NCBI GenBank assembly: GCA_965662615.1
Contig: CBFIIG010000001.1
Span: 1-47,971, forward strand
Length of the DNA: 47,971 bases
From: Flavobacterium sp.
GTDB taxonomy: Bacteria; Bacteroidota; Bacteroidia; Flavobacteriales; Flavobacteriaceae
Direction of reading: 5' to 3'
Shown: one piece after another, positions 37,907 to 47,971 of the stretch
Layout of the letters: each line of letters starts with the position of its first letter
Numbering within the stretch: the first letter of the stretch is position 1
The notes under the pieces: model-generated
Database searches by the model: none
What the model was told of the DNA's origin: nothing
What the model saw: only the letters and a program-made list of their open reading frames with translations
Made by a program: the position numbers and the translations under genes

Positions 37907-39385
37907 TTAATAATTTGGGTTTTGAGACCAATTCCCATTAGAAAATTGAATTTCTTGAATTGGAATTGGAAATACTTCATGTTTACCTGCAACAAAACCA
38001 GGTATTGTATTGGCTGCTCTATTGGTTCTAACTAAATCGAAAAAACGGTGTCCTTCTCCCATTAACTCTCTTCTTCTCTCATCATAAATAAAATCCGTTA
38101 AAGCTGCACCTGCTGCTGATATATCATGATTTAAATCTCCGAAAGCACGTTGCCTAACTCTATTAAGATAACCACGAGCAGTTTCATCACTTATATTACC
38201 TCTATTAAAAGCTTCAGCAGCCATTAAAAGCACATCAGCAAAACGAATAGCTCTGTAGTTATTAGGGTTCGTTAAATTTAAATCACCTTGAGCTTGAGGA
38301 CTTCTGTATCTTGGAAGGTATTTTTTATTAAAATACCCAGTATGTTCAAAACCTTCACCATATGTCGCTCCCGTTTGATTTGCCCATGCTACGATATCTA
38401 AGATAGCAACATCTCTTCTATTGTCACCTGGCTCATAAGCATTATATGCTTCTTCTGTTGGTACATTAAAGCTAAAACCCGAAGTAAACTGTGGTCCTGT
38501 ATAGTTTCTTATTCCACTAAAACCTACAGCTACGTTACCTTCTGAACATTGTAAACAACCAAAACCGGCACCTTGAATATCAGTGTATTGTACTTCGAAA
38601 ACCGATTCTATTCCGTTTTCTCCAGCATTTTCAAAGATAGTGTCATAGTCAGTAACTAAATCATAATTTTGAGCATTAATAACATCTTGTAATACCAAAG
38701 CAGCTTCGCTGAATTTATTTTGGTATAAATAAGCTTTACCTAATAATGCTTGTGCAGCCCCTTTAGTAACTCTACCCATTTGAGCCGGTTGAACACTTAA
38801 ATTTTCTATTGCATAAATTAAATCGGCTTCTATAGCTGCATATACTTCTTCTTTAGATGCTCTTGGTAAAGTTTCTACATCTGTTGGAGCAAAACGCTGG
38901 TCAATTTTTAAAGGAATAGCACCAAACCATTTTACTAATTCAAAGTTATAGTAAGCACGTAAAAAACGAGTTTCACCTATAAGTTGCTCTTTACCATCAA
39001 AATCGGTTTTGTCTTTAAACTCCATTATATAATTTGCTCTATTTACTCCAGCAAACATCCAATCCCAAAGATTTTTAAGATTTTCATTTACAGGAGTATG
39101 AATCATATCGTCTATTTGTTGAAAACCTACAACATCTGTTGCGCTTTCTCCCCCACAAAGGGTATTATCTGACGCGATTTCTCCTAAAAGAGCATTAAGA
39201 TATGTAGATTGCAACATATCATAAGCTCCGATTAATGCTTTTTCATAATCGGATTTGGAGTTAAAATAGTTTTCTGAGTCTATAGAATAGACTGGGTCAC
39301 GTTCAATGAAATCATTGGTACATGAAAACGTAATTACACCTATTAATGTAAAAACGAATACGGATTTGTAAAATATTTTTTTCAT
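37907..39385 (-). CDS. SusD/RagB family glycan-binding lipoprotein
   Basis: Lipobox TFSC, RFLRAYY, ESVFEVQ, RFADVLLMAAEA, ERRREL.GEGHRFFDL.R, QNPNY. Confidence 0.95.
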   Translation of the reverse strand: MKKIFYKSVFVFTLIGVITFSCTNDFIERDPVYSIDSENYFNSKSDYEKALIGAYDMLQSTYLNALLGEIASDNTLCGGESATDVVGFQQIDDMIHTPVNENLKNLWDWMFAGVNRANYIMEFKDKTDFDGKEQLIGETRFLRAYYNFELVKWFGAIPLKIDQRFAPTDVETLPRASKEEVYAAIEADLIYAIENLSVQPAQMGRVTKGAAQALLGKAYLYQNKFSEAALVLQDVINAQNYDLVTDYDTIFENAGENGIESVFEVQYTDIQGAGFGCLQCSEGNVAVGFSGIRNYTGPQFTSGFSFNVPTEEAYNAYEPGDNRRDVAILDIVAWANQTGATYGEGFEHTGYFNKKYLPRYRSPQAQGDLNLTNPNNYRAIRFADVLLMAAEAFNRGNISDETARGYLNRVRQRAFGDLNHDISAAGAALTDFIYDERRRELMGEGHRFFDLVRTNRAANTIPGFVAGKHEVFPIPIQEIQFSNGNWSQNPNY

Positions 39386-39394
39386 AATTGATGT

Positions 39395-42300
39395 TTAAAA
39401 GTTAACGTTAAGTCCTAAAATTAATGTTCTTGCTTGAGGGTAAAAACCATAATCTATACCTCCACCTATTGGGTCACCAGATGAAGCTGCAGGGTCAAAC
39501 CCTCTATACTTAGTTAATGTTACAAGATTATTTGCCATAGCATACATTCTTATTTTTTGAATCTTTAATTTTTCTAAAAATTTAGAATTTAAAGAATAGC
39601 CCAATTGAACAGTTTGTAAACGGATAAATGAAGCGTCTTCAACAAAGTAATCAGAAAACACACCATTTGAAGTTGCTGCCGTAGTTACTTTAGGAACGGT
39701 ATTACTGGTTCCTTCACCTGTCCAACGATCTAATGTATAACTTAATTTATTCAAATCTGATAAATTTCTTTCGTAATTACGAACCATTTCATTTCCAACA
39801 GAAGCAAACGAATAAGCAGAAAAATCGAAGTTCTTATATTCCAATTGAATATTGAAACCCATTGTTGCTGCAGGAATTGCACTTCCTAAGTCTGTTCTAT
39901 CATCTGAATTTATAACTCCATCTCCATTAACATCTACAAAACGTATATCTCCAGGAGTAGCTTCGGCACCTAATGCCAATTGTGAAGGATGAGCGGCAAC
40001 TTCGGCATCATTTTGAAAAATACCATCTGTTTTATACCCATAAAAATAACCTAAAGCAAAACCTTCTTGCATGCGTGCTGGTGCTGGTTGACCTACACCA
40101 AAAGAACCACCTTCTATAAAGCCTGTTTGATTGTTTACTTCCAACACTTTATTTTGTAATAAAGTAACATTATAGTTTAAACTATATTTAAAATTTGAAG
40201 TTTCTTTGTTTCTATAGCTTATATCAAATTCCCAACCGCTATTTCTAACTGTACCTGCGTTAATTGTTGGTGCACCTGCTCCAGGAGCGGCAATTCCTGT
40301 AATACCCGAAACAGGTATATTACGAATTAATAAGTCTTTACGTGTATTTATAAAATAATCTGTTGTGAAACTTAAATTATTATTAAAAAGTTTAAAATCG
40401 GCACCAATATCAATTTTTTCAGATTGTTCCCAACGTAAATCGGGGTTAGGTAATATTCCTTGAGCAATACCAATATTAAGTGCATCACCAAAAACATATT
40501 CTCCTTCACCATTTAATTGACCTACATAACCATTATTTCCTATTTGATCGTTTCCTAATAAACCGTAACTAGCTCTTAGTTTAAAGAAGTTTATTTTTTC
40601 ACTGTCTTTTAAGAAGTTTTCGTCTGAAACCACCCAACCCGATGTAAACGAAGGGAATACAGCCGAAGCATTGTTTGGTCCAAATTTTGTTGAAGCATCT
40701 TTACGTAACATAGCCGAAAATAAATATTTCTTCTTAAAATCGTATTGTAAACGTCCAAAATAAGACAAACGTCTTTCGTCATAAGCATAAGAACCGTTTT
40801 GCTTTACTTCAAGCGCACCGGTAGTTAAACCTATGTCTGCAAAATCCCAAGAGTTATTGGGAACATCATAACCTGTTGCAAACAAACCGTTACCCCATTC
40901 TTTAAAAACAGATTGACCTAACGTTAAATTAAAATTGTGAGTATTATTTAAACTTCTGTCGTATTCTATAAATGTATCAAAAGAATAATTGTTATCGTTT
41001 ACCGTATTTTGATTTACTGAACTTTGTGCTACATCAAATACTTTACCCCCATAACTAATTTCTTTATTAAATGATTTTCCTTTACTGTTTGAAGTATTGA
41101 AACCCATTTGAGTTTTTACTTTTAAATAGTCAAAAACATTATACTCTAAACCTACTGTACCATTTAATTTTTTATAATTATAACTATTATAGGTGTTTTC
41201 AATTTGAGCTAACGGATTTATAACCTCAATACCAAAACCTGGCGAACTCGGTATTAATGTATACTCTCCATTTGCATCATAAGGCTTTAAAGTAGTTGGT
41301 GCGTTTAAGGCATTAAACAAAACAGAACCCAAACCGCCCTCATTTAAATTTTGTCTATCAAATTGAGTATAAATGGCATTAGAACTTAATTTTAACTTAT
41401 CAGATAAGTCAACTCCTAAACCTATTCTGGCCGTATTTCTTAAAAAACCCGACTTATTCAAGCCTACAATACCATCTTGATCTATATGAGAGCCACTAAT
41501 TGAGTAAGTTGTTTTTTCACTTCCTCCTGAAATACTAAAATCGTGATTAATAATAGGAGCTCCTTTTTGTAAAACTTCTTTTTGCCAGTCTGTTCCTTCG
41601 CCTAAGCCAGTAACGTTTGGAAATGGTATTGCTTGGCCTCCATTAGCATAGGCCTCGTTTAATAGCAAAGCATATTCTGTAGCATTAAGCATAGACAACT
41701 GTCTATTTGCTGACTGAAAACCAGAATACGTGTTATAACTTACTTTTGGTTTTTGGTTTTTACGTCCTTGTTTGGTTGTAACTAAAACAATACCGTTTGC
41801 TCCAATTACTCCATAAATTGCTGCTTGTGCATCTTTTAAAACGGTAATAGACTCAATATCGTTTGGATTTAATAACGATATATCTCCAACATATCCATCT
41901 ATAATTGCTGTAGGTCCGTTAGCTCCATTTGTTGCTATACCTCTAATTCGGATATTTATTCCTGCACCAGGAGCACCAGATGATGAAGTAACATTTACTC
42001 CAGAAACCGTTCCTTGTAAAGCTTGCTCCACTTTAATGGGTTTTAAGTCCTCTATCGTTTTTGCAGATATTACTGATACAGCTCCCGTTACTTCTTTTTT
42101 AGTCTGAGAACCATAACCAATTGCGACAATTTCATCTAGTTTAGCCACATCATCAGTTAAAACTAAGTCTAAATTAACACTTTTATCTACCGTAATCGTT
42201 TGCGTTTTAAATCCAACGTATGTAAACGTTAGTATACTACCTTTATTTGCAGAAATTGAAAATTTTCCGTCAAAATCAGAAGTGACTCCATTTTGTGTTC

Positions 42301-42433
42301 CATCTTCTACAATATTTACTCCGGGTAATGGATAACCCGAATTATCTTTTATTGTTCCTGTTACTTTTATTTGTTGCGAAAAAGCAAAAACAGAGAACAA
42401 GAGTAAATAAATTAATGTTACTTTTTGTTTCAT
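39395..42433 (-). CDS. SusC/RagA family TonB-dependent transporter
   Basis: N-terminal CarboxypepD-like domain, DIESITVLKDA..AIYG..GANG.VLVTTK, L.WE, C-terminal YPQAR...GLNVNF. Confidence 0.96.
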   Translation of the reverse strand: MKQKVTLIYLLLFSVFAFSQQIKVTGTIKDNSGYPLPGVNIVEDGTQNGVTSDFDGKFSISANKGSILTFTYVGFKTQTITVDKSVNLDLVLTDDVAKLDEIVAIGYGSQTKKEVTGAVSVISAKTIEDLKPIKVEQALQGTVSGVNVTSSSGAPGAGINIRIRGIATNGANGPTAIIDGYVGDISLLNPNDIESITVLKDAQAAIYGVIGANGIVLVTTKQGRKNQKPKVSYNTYSGFQSANRQLSMLNATEYALLLNEAYANGGQAIPFPNVTGLGEGTDWQKEVLQKGAPIINHDFSISGGSEKTTYSISGSHIDQDGIVGLNKSGFLRNTARIGLGVDLSDKLKLSSNAIYTQFDRQNLNEGGLGSVLFNALNAPTTLKPYDANGEYTLIPSSPGFGIEVINPLAQIENTYNSYNYKKLNGTVGLEYNVFDYLKVKTQMGFNTSNSKGKSFNKEISYGGKVFDVAQSSVNQNTVNDNNYSFDTFIEYDRSLNNTHNFNLTLGQSVFKEWGNGLFATGYDVPNNSWDFADIGLTTGALEVKQNGSYAYDERRLSYFGRLQYDFKKKYLFSAMLRKDASTKFGPNNASAVFPSFTSGWVVSDENFLKDSEKINFFKLRASYGLLGNDQIGNNGYVGQLNGEGEYVFGDALNIGIAQGILPNPDLRWEQSEKIDIGADFKLFNNNLSFTTDYFINTRKDLLIRNIPVSGITGIAAPGAGAPTINAGTVRNSGWEFDISYRNKETSNFKYSLNYNVTLLQNKVLEVNNQTGFIEGGSFGVGQPAPARMQEGFALGYFYGYKTDGIFQNDAEVAAHPSQLALGAEATPGDIRFVDVNGDGVINSDDRTDLGSAIPAATMGFNIQLEYKNFDFSAYSFASVGNEMVRNYERNLSDLNKLSYTLDRWTGEGTSNTVPKVTTAATSNGVFSDYFVEDASFIRLQTVQLGYSLNSKFLEKLKIQKIRMYAMANNLVTLTKYRGFDPAASSGDPIGGGIDYGFYPQARTLILGLNVNF

Positions 42434-42485
42434 AAAATTTTGATTTAAGTTTAAATTATTTAGTTATTGTTTATTTATTGATTAT

Positions 42486-43406
42486 TTAAAATTTTAATTG
42501 TTCTTTTTTATCCCAAATACCCCAATGAGCACCAACCTCACCTTCGGGACCTTTTTTCCAAGACTCGTCAAATGATGCAAAATAAAAAGTATCTATACCC
42601 ATTTGCTTGGTCCAAATTTGTGTATTTATAAAGTATTTTTGAAAATTCAATTCGGTTGGTACAGAGCCTTTAAAGCTTTCACCCTGAGAAGGCCAACCTG
42701 TTTCAGTTATAATAACTTTTTTTCCTTGTCCAGCTTCTAGTGCTTGGTAGTACATGCTTTTCATGTGTGCCAAAGAATAATCTATATCGCTACCTTCCCA
42801 AAACGGATAACAATTACTTAAAATAACATCGCAAACTTCTGTTAATTTTGGTTTAATTGTAAACTCATAATATGCATCAACATAACCTACAGGTATATGG
42901 TTCGGGATTTTACTTTTGACATCTGAAATTAACTTAATTAAATCCTCTTCACTCATTTCTTTTCTGTACATCACCTCGTTACCAACAGCTGCTATATCTA
43001 CATAACCTTGTTCGGCTAATTTTAAAAGACCTTCAATTTCATTTTTATTTTTTTCAGCATCATCTCCTATCCAAGCTCCAACCAATGTTTTTATTCCATA
43101 TTCTTTTGCTACTTTAGGAATAAATTCATTTCCTTCTGTGCAAGAAAAAGATCTTATCCATTTAATATATGGTGCAATAATTTGCATACGTCTTCTTACT
43201 TGATCTTCGGTAATAATATCGCCTGGCTTTTGTCCTTCGGCATATAAGCTATAACAAATTCCGTGCATTCCTTCATTTAATACTTTCTTATACAAATTAT
43301 CTACTTCATCAACTGTGTTTTCAGTAAAATCATATCCATTAGAATAATCCAAATTGGTATAGTCAATAGGATTATCATGATTGAAATAATCTTTATAATA
43401 TGCCAT
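42486..43406 (-). CDS. GH17 family beta-1,3-glucosidase/glucanase, no signal peptide
   Basis: AVGNE acid/base, ITETGWPS nucleophile, FDESWK. Confidence 0.9.
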   Translation of the reverse strand: MAYYKDYFNHDNPIDYTNLDYSNGYDFTENTVDEVDNLYKKVLNEGMHGICYSLYAEGQKPGDIITEDQVRRRMQIIAPYIKWIRSFSCTEGNEFIPKVAKEYGIKTLVGAWIGDDAEKNKNEIEGLLKLAEQGYVDIAAVGNEVMYRKEMSEEDLIKLISDVKSKIPNHIPVGYVDAYYEFTIKPKLTEVCDVILSNCYPFWEGSDIDYSLAHMKSMYYQALEAGQGKKVIITETGWPSQGESFKGSVPTELNFQKYFINTQIWTKQMGIDTFYFASFDESWKKGPEGEVGAHWGIWDKKEQLKF

Positions 43407-44925
43407 TTTTTTCAGTTTTAAATTTATTTTTCAAAGCTCTTCTTTCTATCAATTCCTTCTTAATTTTAACAACTCTGTCCTCATTTAGACTATAATTCCA
43501 CATAACCCAAACCGCCAAACCAGCAGTTAAAGAAGGAATTATTATATCGGCAAGTCTTAAATCATTCATAGTTTCTAATGTTTGTGTTGCACCTCCTGCA
43601 TCAAAACCAACTAAAGATAAAACTAATCCTCCTAAAGCTAAAGCAATTGACTGACCTATTTTAACCATCCACCAATAAACGGCTCCAAAAGTTCCTTCGC
43701 GTCTTGGTAAACCGTTTTTCAACTCATCTAAATCACAAACATCAGCCGTCATACTCATCATTAAAGTAAATAATCCTCCTAAACCAAAAGCCATAAACGG
43801 AATTGGTAATAGTAAAATTATTGGCATTTCTAAAGAAAATTTAACAACTCCTATTTGTAAAACTACATCATTAAAAAGAACAGCTGTATTTTGGTCAACT
43901 ACAACAAAACCCCACCATTTAAGTATATACCCAAATATAGAAATAATAGTAGATATTATAAATGCGTTTCTTTTCCCGAACTTATTTGCCATCCATGAAA
44001 CAACCGGAATTATTAGAACAGCAGTACAAAAAGCAATTAAAATAGAAAACATTGCTGGAACGGAACCTGCTAGTTCATAACTACCGTTATACATATAAAA
44101 AACAATTATAAAAAAACTAAAAGAAGCCACCATCTGAAAACCATTAAACACTAAAAATGTAGCCCCGCATAAACGCATAAACGGCATATTTTGTGTCATG
44201 TTTTTAATGTTTTCCCATAAAATTTTAATATTTATAGCCAAATCTTTGAATGTAATTTTAGCTTTACTTTCTGCATCAGACACATCATTTTCTTTACAAA
44301 AAAGTGCTGGCAGTATTCCAAAAAGTAAACAGGCAAAACCAACATAAATTGATAAAGTTCTAACCCCGTCAGCTTGACTTTCAAACAAATCTTTGTTAGC
44401 AATAAGCACCCAAAATAGTGGAACAATCATCCACGATATTTGGCCAACACTGTTAGCAATACCCATTAATCTAGTTCTTTCTTTTGTATCTGAACTCATT
44501 TCATATCCAAAACCAATTAATGGTGTAGAAAAAATAGTATTTGCAAAAATAAAAAGAATTGAAAAAAGGAGGAAATACCAAAAATTATATGTTGCTCCAT
44601 TCTCTTCAAACATTTGCCATTGTACAGCAAATAATATAGCGGATAAAATTGCACCTGCAAATATATAAGGCCTACGACGCCCCCATTTTGAAGTTGTATT
44701 ATCTGATATAAAACCCATAATTGGATCTGAAAGTGCATCAAAAAAACGAGGTATTCCTGCCAATAATCCTGCAATAGCCGGTTCTATACCAAAAGCAGTT
44801 ATTAAAAAAAAGGAAAATACACCTAATGCCCCTGGTAATAAATTATTTACCAGATGTCCTGCACCAAAAGCAGCCTTTTGAAAAACAGGGACTTTACCTG
44901 ATATATTTTGTGGTGTCTGATTCAT
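43393..44925 (-). CDS. MFS sugar transporter (glycoside-pentoside-hexuronide type)
   Basis: DALSDP.MG.ISD.T.SKWGRRRPY, ADVCD.DE...G.RREG; multiple TM helices. Confidence 0.92.
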   Translation of the reverse strand: MNQTPQNISGKVPVFQKAAFGAGHLVNNLLPGALGVFSFFLITAFGIEPAIAGLLAGIPRFFDALSDPIMGFISDNTTSKWGRRRPYIFAGAILSAILFAVQWQMFEENGATYNFWYFLLFSILFIFANTIFSTPLIGFGYEMSSDTKERTRLMGIANSVGQISWMIVPLFWVLIANKDLFESQADGVRTLSIYVGFACLLFGILPALFCKENDVSDAESKAKITFKDLAINIKILWENIKNMTQNMPFMRLCGATFLVFNGFQMVASFSFFIIVFYMYNGSYELAGSVPAMFSILIAFCTAVLIIPVVSWMANKFGKRNAFIISTIISIFGYILKWWGFVVVDQNTAVLFNDVVLQIGVVKFSLEMPIILLLPIPFMAFGLGGLFTLMMSMTADVCDLDELKNGLPRREGTFGAVYWWMVKIGQSIALALGGLVLSLVGFDAGGATQTLETMNDLRLADIIIPSLTAGLAVWVMWNYSLNEDRVVKIKKELIERRALKNKFKTEKNGIL

Positions 44926-44926
44926 A

Positions 44927-46420
44927 TTATTTAGAATTAATTATTATTGTTTGTAAAGCTTTTGCAGAAATAGAAATTATAGTGCTTTTATTATCTAATT
45001 TCAATTCTACCGAATAATTTTTATCTGTTGGATTAAAAATGGCAACGGCAATAGTACCATCTGGATTTTGAACAGCTGTTGAAACTACTTCTTCAGCATT
45101 AATTTCGCAACCAATTTTTACAGCACCCGGACGCATAAATTTACTAAAATGTGCCATGGTGTAATACAAAGGTGTTAAATACACTTCATCGGTTTCTGGA
45201 TCAACTAATACAGGTGCTGCACACCAGTTTTTAAACCAGTTTGGCCCCCCTTGTTTGTCTAAAACCATATTCCAATCTATCCAACCGTCCACTTGATTGT
45301 TTAAGCAACCTATAATGTCGTTTGCATAGCGGTTTACTGGAGCGTATTTTGGGTGTAAATATTTATCTTGTTCACTTGCCCAGTCCCAACCCCAATCGGT
45401 TGCCTCTTTTTTCCAATACCAAGCGTCGTCTTGCCATTTAGGAACTTCAGAATCTATACAACCTTCGGTTTCAATCAAGTATTTATTAGGCGCTTTATTG
45501 TGAGCGTATTGTAAATCTTCGGGAAAAACTTCAAAGGTGCTTTCGTACCAATGAATAGCAGTTCCGGCAAAGTATTTTGATGCTTTTTCATCTCTATACA
45601 TTTCATCAACCCATTCTTTTAAACCTGCTCTATTTTGGTCGTAACCAAAAATATTTACTTTTCCCCAACCGTCATTTTCTAATTTTGGACCCAAATGATC
45701 TTGAACAAAATCGGTCATTTCTTTTGGTGAAAAATGCGTGCTTTCCCAATTATTTCCGTTTCCGTGTGGTTCATTTATAACCGTTACGCCCCAAATATCA
45801 ATACCCTCGTTTTTATAAGCTGTTAAATATTTTGAAAAATACAAAGCAAAAACATCATTGTATTGGGGTAAAAGTTTTCCGCCTACATAGTTTTTGTTGT
45901 CTTTCATCCATGGAGGAGACGACCAAGGCGAAGCAATAATTTTAAATCCTTCTTTAGAAATGGCTTTTGCTTCTAAAATCATTGGAATTAAATCGTCTTT
46001 ATCGTCTTCAATAGTGAAATGCTCCAAAGTCATGTCGTTTTCTACTTTGGCATAGGTATAATTACTTAACGAAAAATCGCAAGATGCTATATGTGTTCGA
46101 GTTAACGAGTAATTGGCACCTTCTTCGCTAAAATAAGCATCTAATACTTTTTTACGTTTTTCGTTACTCAATCGTTTGAGTAATGAGGCCGAAGCTTCTG
46201 TAAAAGAGCCTCCAAAACCTGTAATGGTTTGAAATTTTTGATTAGCATCAAGATTAATAGTAAGTAAACTATCTGCTTTTACAAATTCTGTAATTTTTGC
46301 AAGTTTATTTCCATCTGCAGCCGTTTCATATACAGAAACATTTAAAGCATCTTTTTTGGTTTCGCAACTTAACATAATAAGAAGAATAAGGTTTAGAGAA
46401 ATAAATTTTATTGCTTTCAT
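44927..46420 (-). CDS. GH30 glycoside hydrolase lipoprotein (probable beta-1,6 debranching glucosidase)
   Basis: QTITGFGGSFT, SCDFS, SPWS.P.WMK, NEP acid/base, HWY, TEGC nucleophile, DWNM.LD..GGPN. Confidence 0.92.
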   Translation of the reverse strand: MKAIKFISLNLILLIMLSCETKKDALNVSVYETAADGNKLAKITEFVKADSLLTINLDANQKFQTITGFGGSFTEASASLLKRLSNEKRKKVLDAYFSEEGANYSLTRTHIASCDFSLSNYTYAKVENDMTLEHFTIEDDKDDLIPMILEAKAISKEGFKIIASPWSSPPWMKDNKNYVGGKLLPQYNDVFALYFSKYLTAYKNEGIDIWGVTVINEPHGNGNNWESTHFSPKEMTDFVQDHLGPKLENDGWGKVNIFGYDQNRAGLKEWVDEMYRDEKASKYFAGTAIHWYESTFEVFPEDLQYAHNKAPNKYLIETEGCIDSEVPKWQDDAWYWKKEATDWGWDWASEQDKYLHPKYAPVNRYANDIIGCLNNQVDGWIDWNMVLDKQGGPNWFKNWCAAPVLVDPETDEVYLTPLYYTMAHFSKFMRPGAVKIGCEINAEEVVSTAVQNPDGTIAVAIFNPTDKNYSVELKLDNKSTIISISAKALQTIIINSK

Positions 46421-47694
46421 TTTTTTGGTGGGTTTAATACGGTTTGCATTACTTTTAAAGAATCACCATCAAAAGTTTTTGTAACTTTTTTATTTCCTCT
46501 ATTCAGGTTTTTTGCATTTAAAGCATCTACAAAATTCCAAGTTGCATACTTTGCTTTGCCATCTACGGTAAAAAGTCCGAAATAATTTTCAGATCCTTTT
46601 GGGTTACCGCTATCTTTCCAAGGCTCGTCAAAAGCTTCAAAGTAAAAACAAGAAATTCCTTCAGTATTTGTCCAATTTCGCATAGCATTGTAATAAGCGG
46701 CTTGTTTATATTCGTCAGCTGCATTTGAACCCTCATTTCCATAAAAACCATCCGAACTAGAAGCCCAGCCTGTTTCGCCAATATGAATGGGTTTATTTGG
46801 ACTGATGCTGTTTACATATTTTTTAACGGAATGGTATTGATTTTTCGCAAATAATAAAGCCCTGTTCATTGCTGCATTTGTAATTTCAACATCAGACAAA
46901 TTCGCTTGATGGTTAGGTACGTTCCAAAACTCTGGGTTATAATGTGAGTTGTGAAACGGATAGGTATGCATAGAAACGTAATCAACCGCCTTTATTAAAT
47001 CTTCTAAATCTTTTACTTTGTAACTGTCGTCTAAACCGCCCCAAGAAGCAAAATCATCAGAACAGGTTATCCATAAATCTTTAGATAATTTATTTTCTTT
47101 TTTTAAATTTTGAAGGTGATTGACCCATTTTAAAATAATGTTGGGTTGCACATAGTATTCGGCAGCCCACTTTACCATAGCCTCGTTTCCAACCGCAATA
47201 ATTTTTACAATATCGGGGTATTGATTGGCTAAACGAACCGCTTCTTTTATCTCAATTGCGTTTCTTTCACTCTCTACCTCATGATTTTTTTCTAATTCAG
47301 TCCAAGCATTTTGGCAATCTATCCAAGCACCCAACATCACATACATTTCAAAATTTGCATTCTCTTTTTTAAGTTCAGAAATGGCTTTTAAAACATTAGA
47401 CGCATGAGGCAAATGCACATTATATGTTCGAATAACTTTAATGTCCAAAGCTGATAAAATGAGTAAATCTTCTTTTATTTGAGCTATTGTGGGTTGAATG
47501 TCTCTTGATTTTTCGCGATAAGCCCCATAACAAATGGCTTGGTAATCTGGATTTCCTAATATATCTTTTGCGGTCACTTGTTTTGTATTTGTTTGTTGTG
47601 CATTGTTTACTTTTTTACAACAAATAAATACAGACATAAAAGTAAATATGCTAATTGTTTTTATTATAATTAAATGTAAAAAAGTTCTTTTCAT
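46417..47694 (-). CDS. GH17 family beta-1,3-glucanase, probably exported or a lipoprotein
   Basis: AVGNE, IGETGWAS, FEAFDEPWK; hydrophobic N-terminus ending in CC. Confidence 0.9.
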   Translation of the reverse strand: MKRTFLHLIIIKTISIFTFMSVFICCKKVNNAQQTNTKQVTAKDILGNPDYQAICYGAYREKSRDIQPTIAQIKEDLLILSALDIKVIRTYNVHLPHASNVLKAISELKKENANFEMYVMLGAWIDCQNAWTELEKNHEVESERNAIEIKEAVRLANQYPDIVKIIAVGNEAMVKWAAEYYVQPNIILKWVNHLQNLKKENKLSKDLWITCSDDFASWGGLDDSYKVKDLEDLIKAVDYVSMHTYPFHNSHYNPEFWNVPNHQANLSDVEITNAAMNRALLFAKNQYHSVKKYVNSISPNKPIHIGETGWASSSDGFYGNEGSNAADEYKQAAYYNAMRNWTNTEGISCFYFEAFDEPWKDSGNPKGSENYFGLFTVDGKAKYATWNFVDALNAKNLNRGNKKVTKTFDGDSLKVMQTVLNPPKK

Positions 47695-47699
47695 CTTTA

Positions 47700-47971
47700 T
47701 TATTTCAATTCGTTTTCTAAAACATGAACAACTATATGATTAATTTCATTGGTTCGTTTAAACACTAGATTACTTGTGTTTTCGTCTAAAACTAATGCAT
47801 CAAAATTTTGAGTTTGGTTTGAATTATAAACTACTTCAATTGCTTTTTTATCTGAAATTTTATAAACAATTGGAATTTGGCAATACGTAAAACAAAGTGT
47901 GTTTTTTTCTAATTTAATAGATTGCGGATTGAAGTGTATATCAACATAATTAAATGTTTTCGCTTCTGATA
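47700..47971 (-). CDS. Partial (C-terminus) probable GH149 beta-1,3-glucan phosphorylase
   Basis: Manual translation ...SEAKTFNYVD...TLCFTYCQIPIVYK...VFKRTNEINHIVV...ELK*. The FTYCQ.P.VY segment resembles GH149 C-termini (from memory) and the laminarin-locus context fits. Confidence 0.65.
   Translation of the reverse strand, partial: SEAKTFNYVDIHFNPQSIKLEKNTLCFTYCQIPIVYKISDKKAIEVVYNSNQTQNFDALVLDENTSNLVFKRTNEINHIVVHVLENELK

Noticed and set aside
1-47971. CRISPR arrays, tRNA/rRNA genes, IS elements, integrases, prophage genes
   Set aside because: Intergenic gaps are short (about 120 nt or less) with no repeat-spacer periodicity or cloverleaf, and no ORF shows transposase, integrase or phage motifs

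Overview
AT-rich chromosomal segment of a Flavobacteriaceae (Flavobacterium-like) bacterium. This assignment rests on gene content and on many TAnnTTTG (-7) Bacteroidota promoter boxes. About 34.6 kb is mostly housekeeping: menD, ccsBA, birA, the rsfS-ftsH-LUD-cdsA-psd-ACBP-SOD-like cluster, rocD, rlmD, a THUMP methyltransferase, murQ, terC, parE/parC, ychF, a ferredoxin, a LuxC-like reductase, serC and serA. The last ~13.3 kb is a minus-strand beta-1,3-glucan (laminarin) utilisation locus: GH149-like (partial), GH17, GH30, MFS, GH17, SusC, SusD, a glycan-binding lipoprotein and GH16. I found no rRNA, tRNA, CRISPR array, IS element or prophage. The most unusual observations are: (1) a DUF1016/YhcG PD-(D/E)XK nuclease gene fitted almost gaplessly between parE and parC, carrying a perfect 11-bp-arm palindrome plus a degenerate second copy inside its coding sequence; (2) a structured GC-richer element in the rocD 5' leader, together with a four-Cys insertion in RocD; (3) a lipoprotein SOD homologue that keeps its metal ligands but has lost second-sphere catalytic residues; (4) an internal signal-peptide-like site in CcsBA; (5) an MFS/GH17 junction one base away from an in-frame fusion; (6) three probable leaderless genes. 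All family calls are by motif recognition only; no searches were run.
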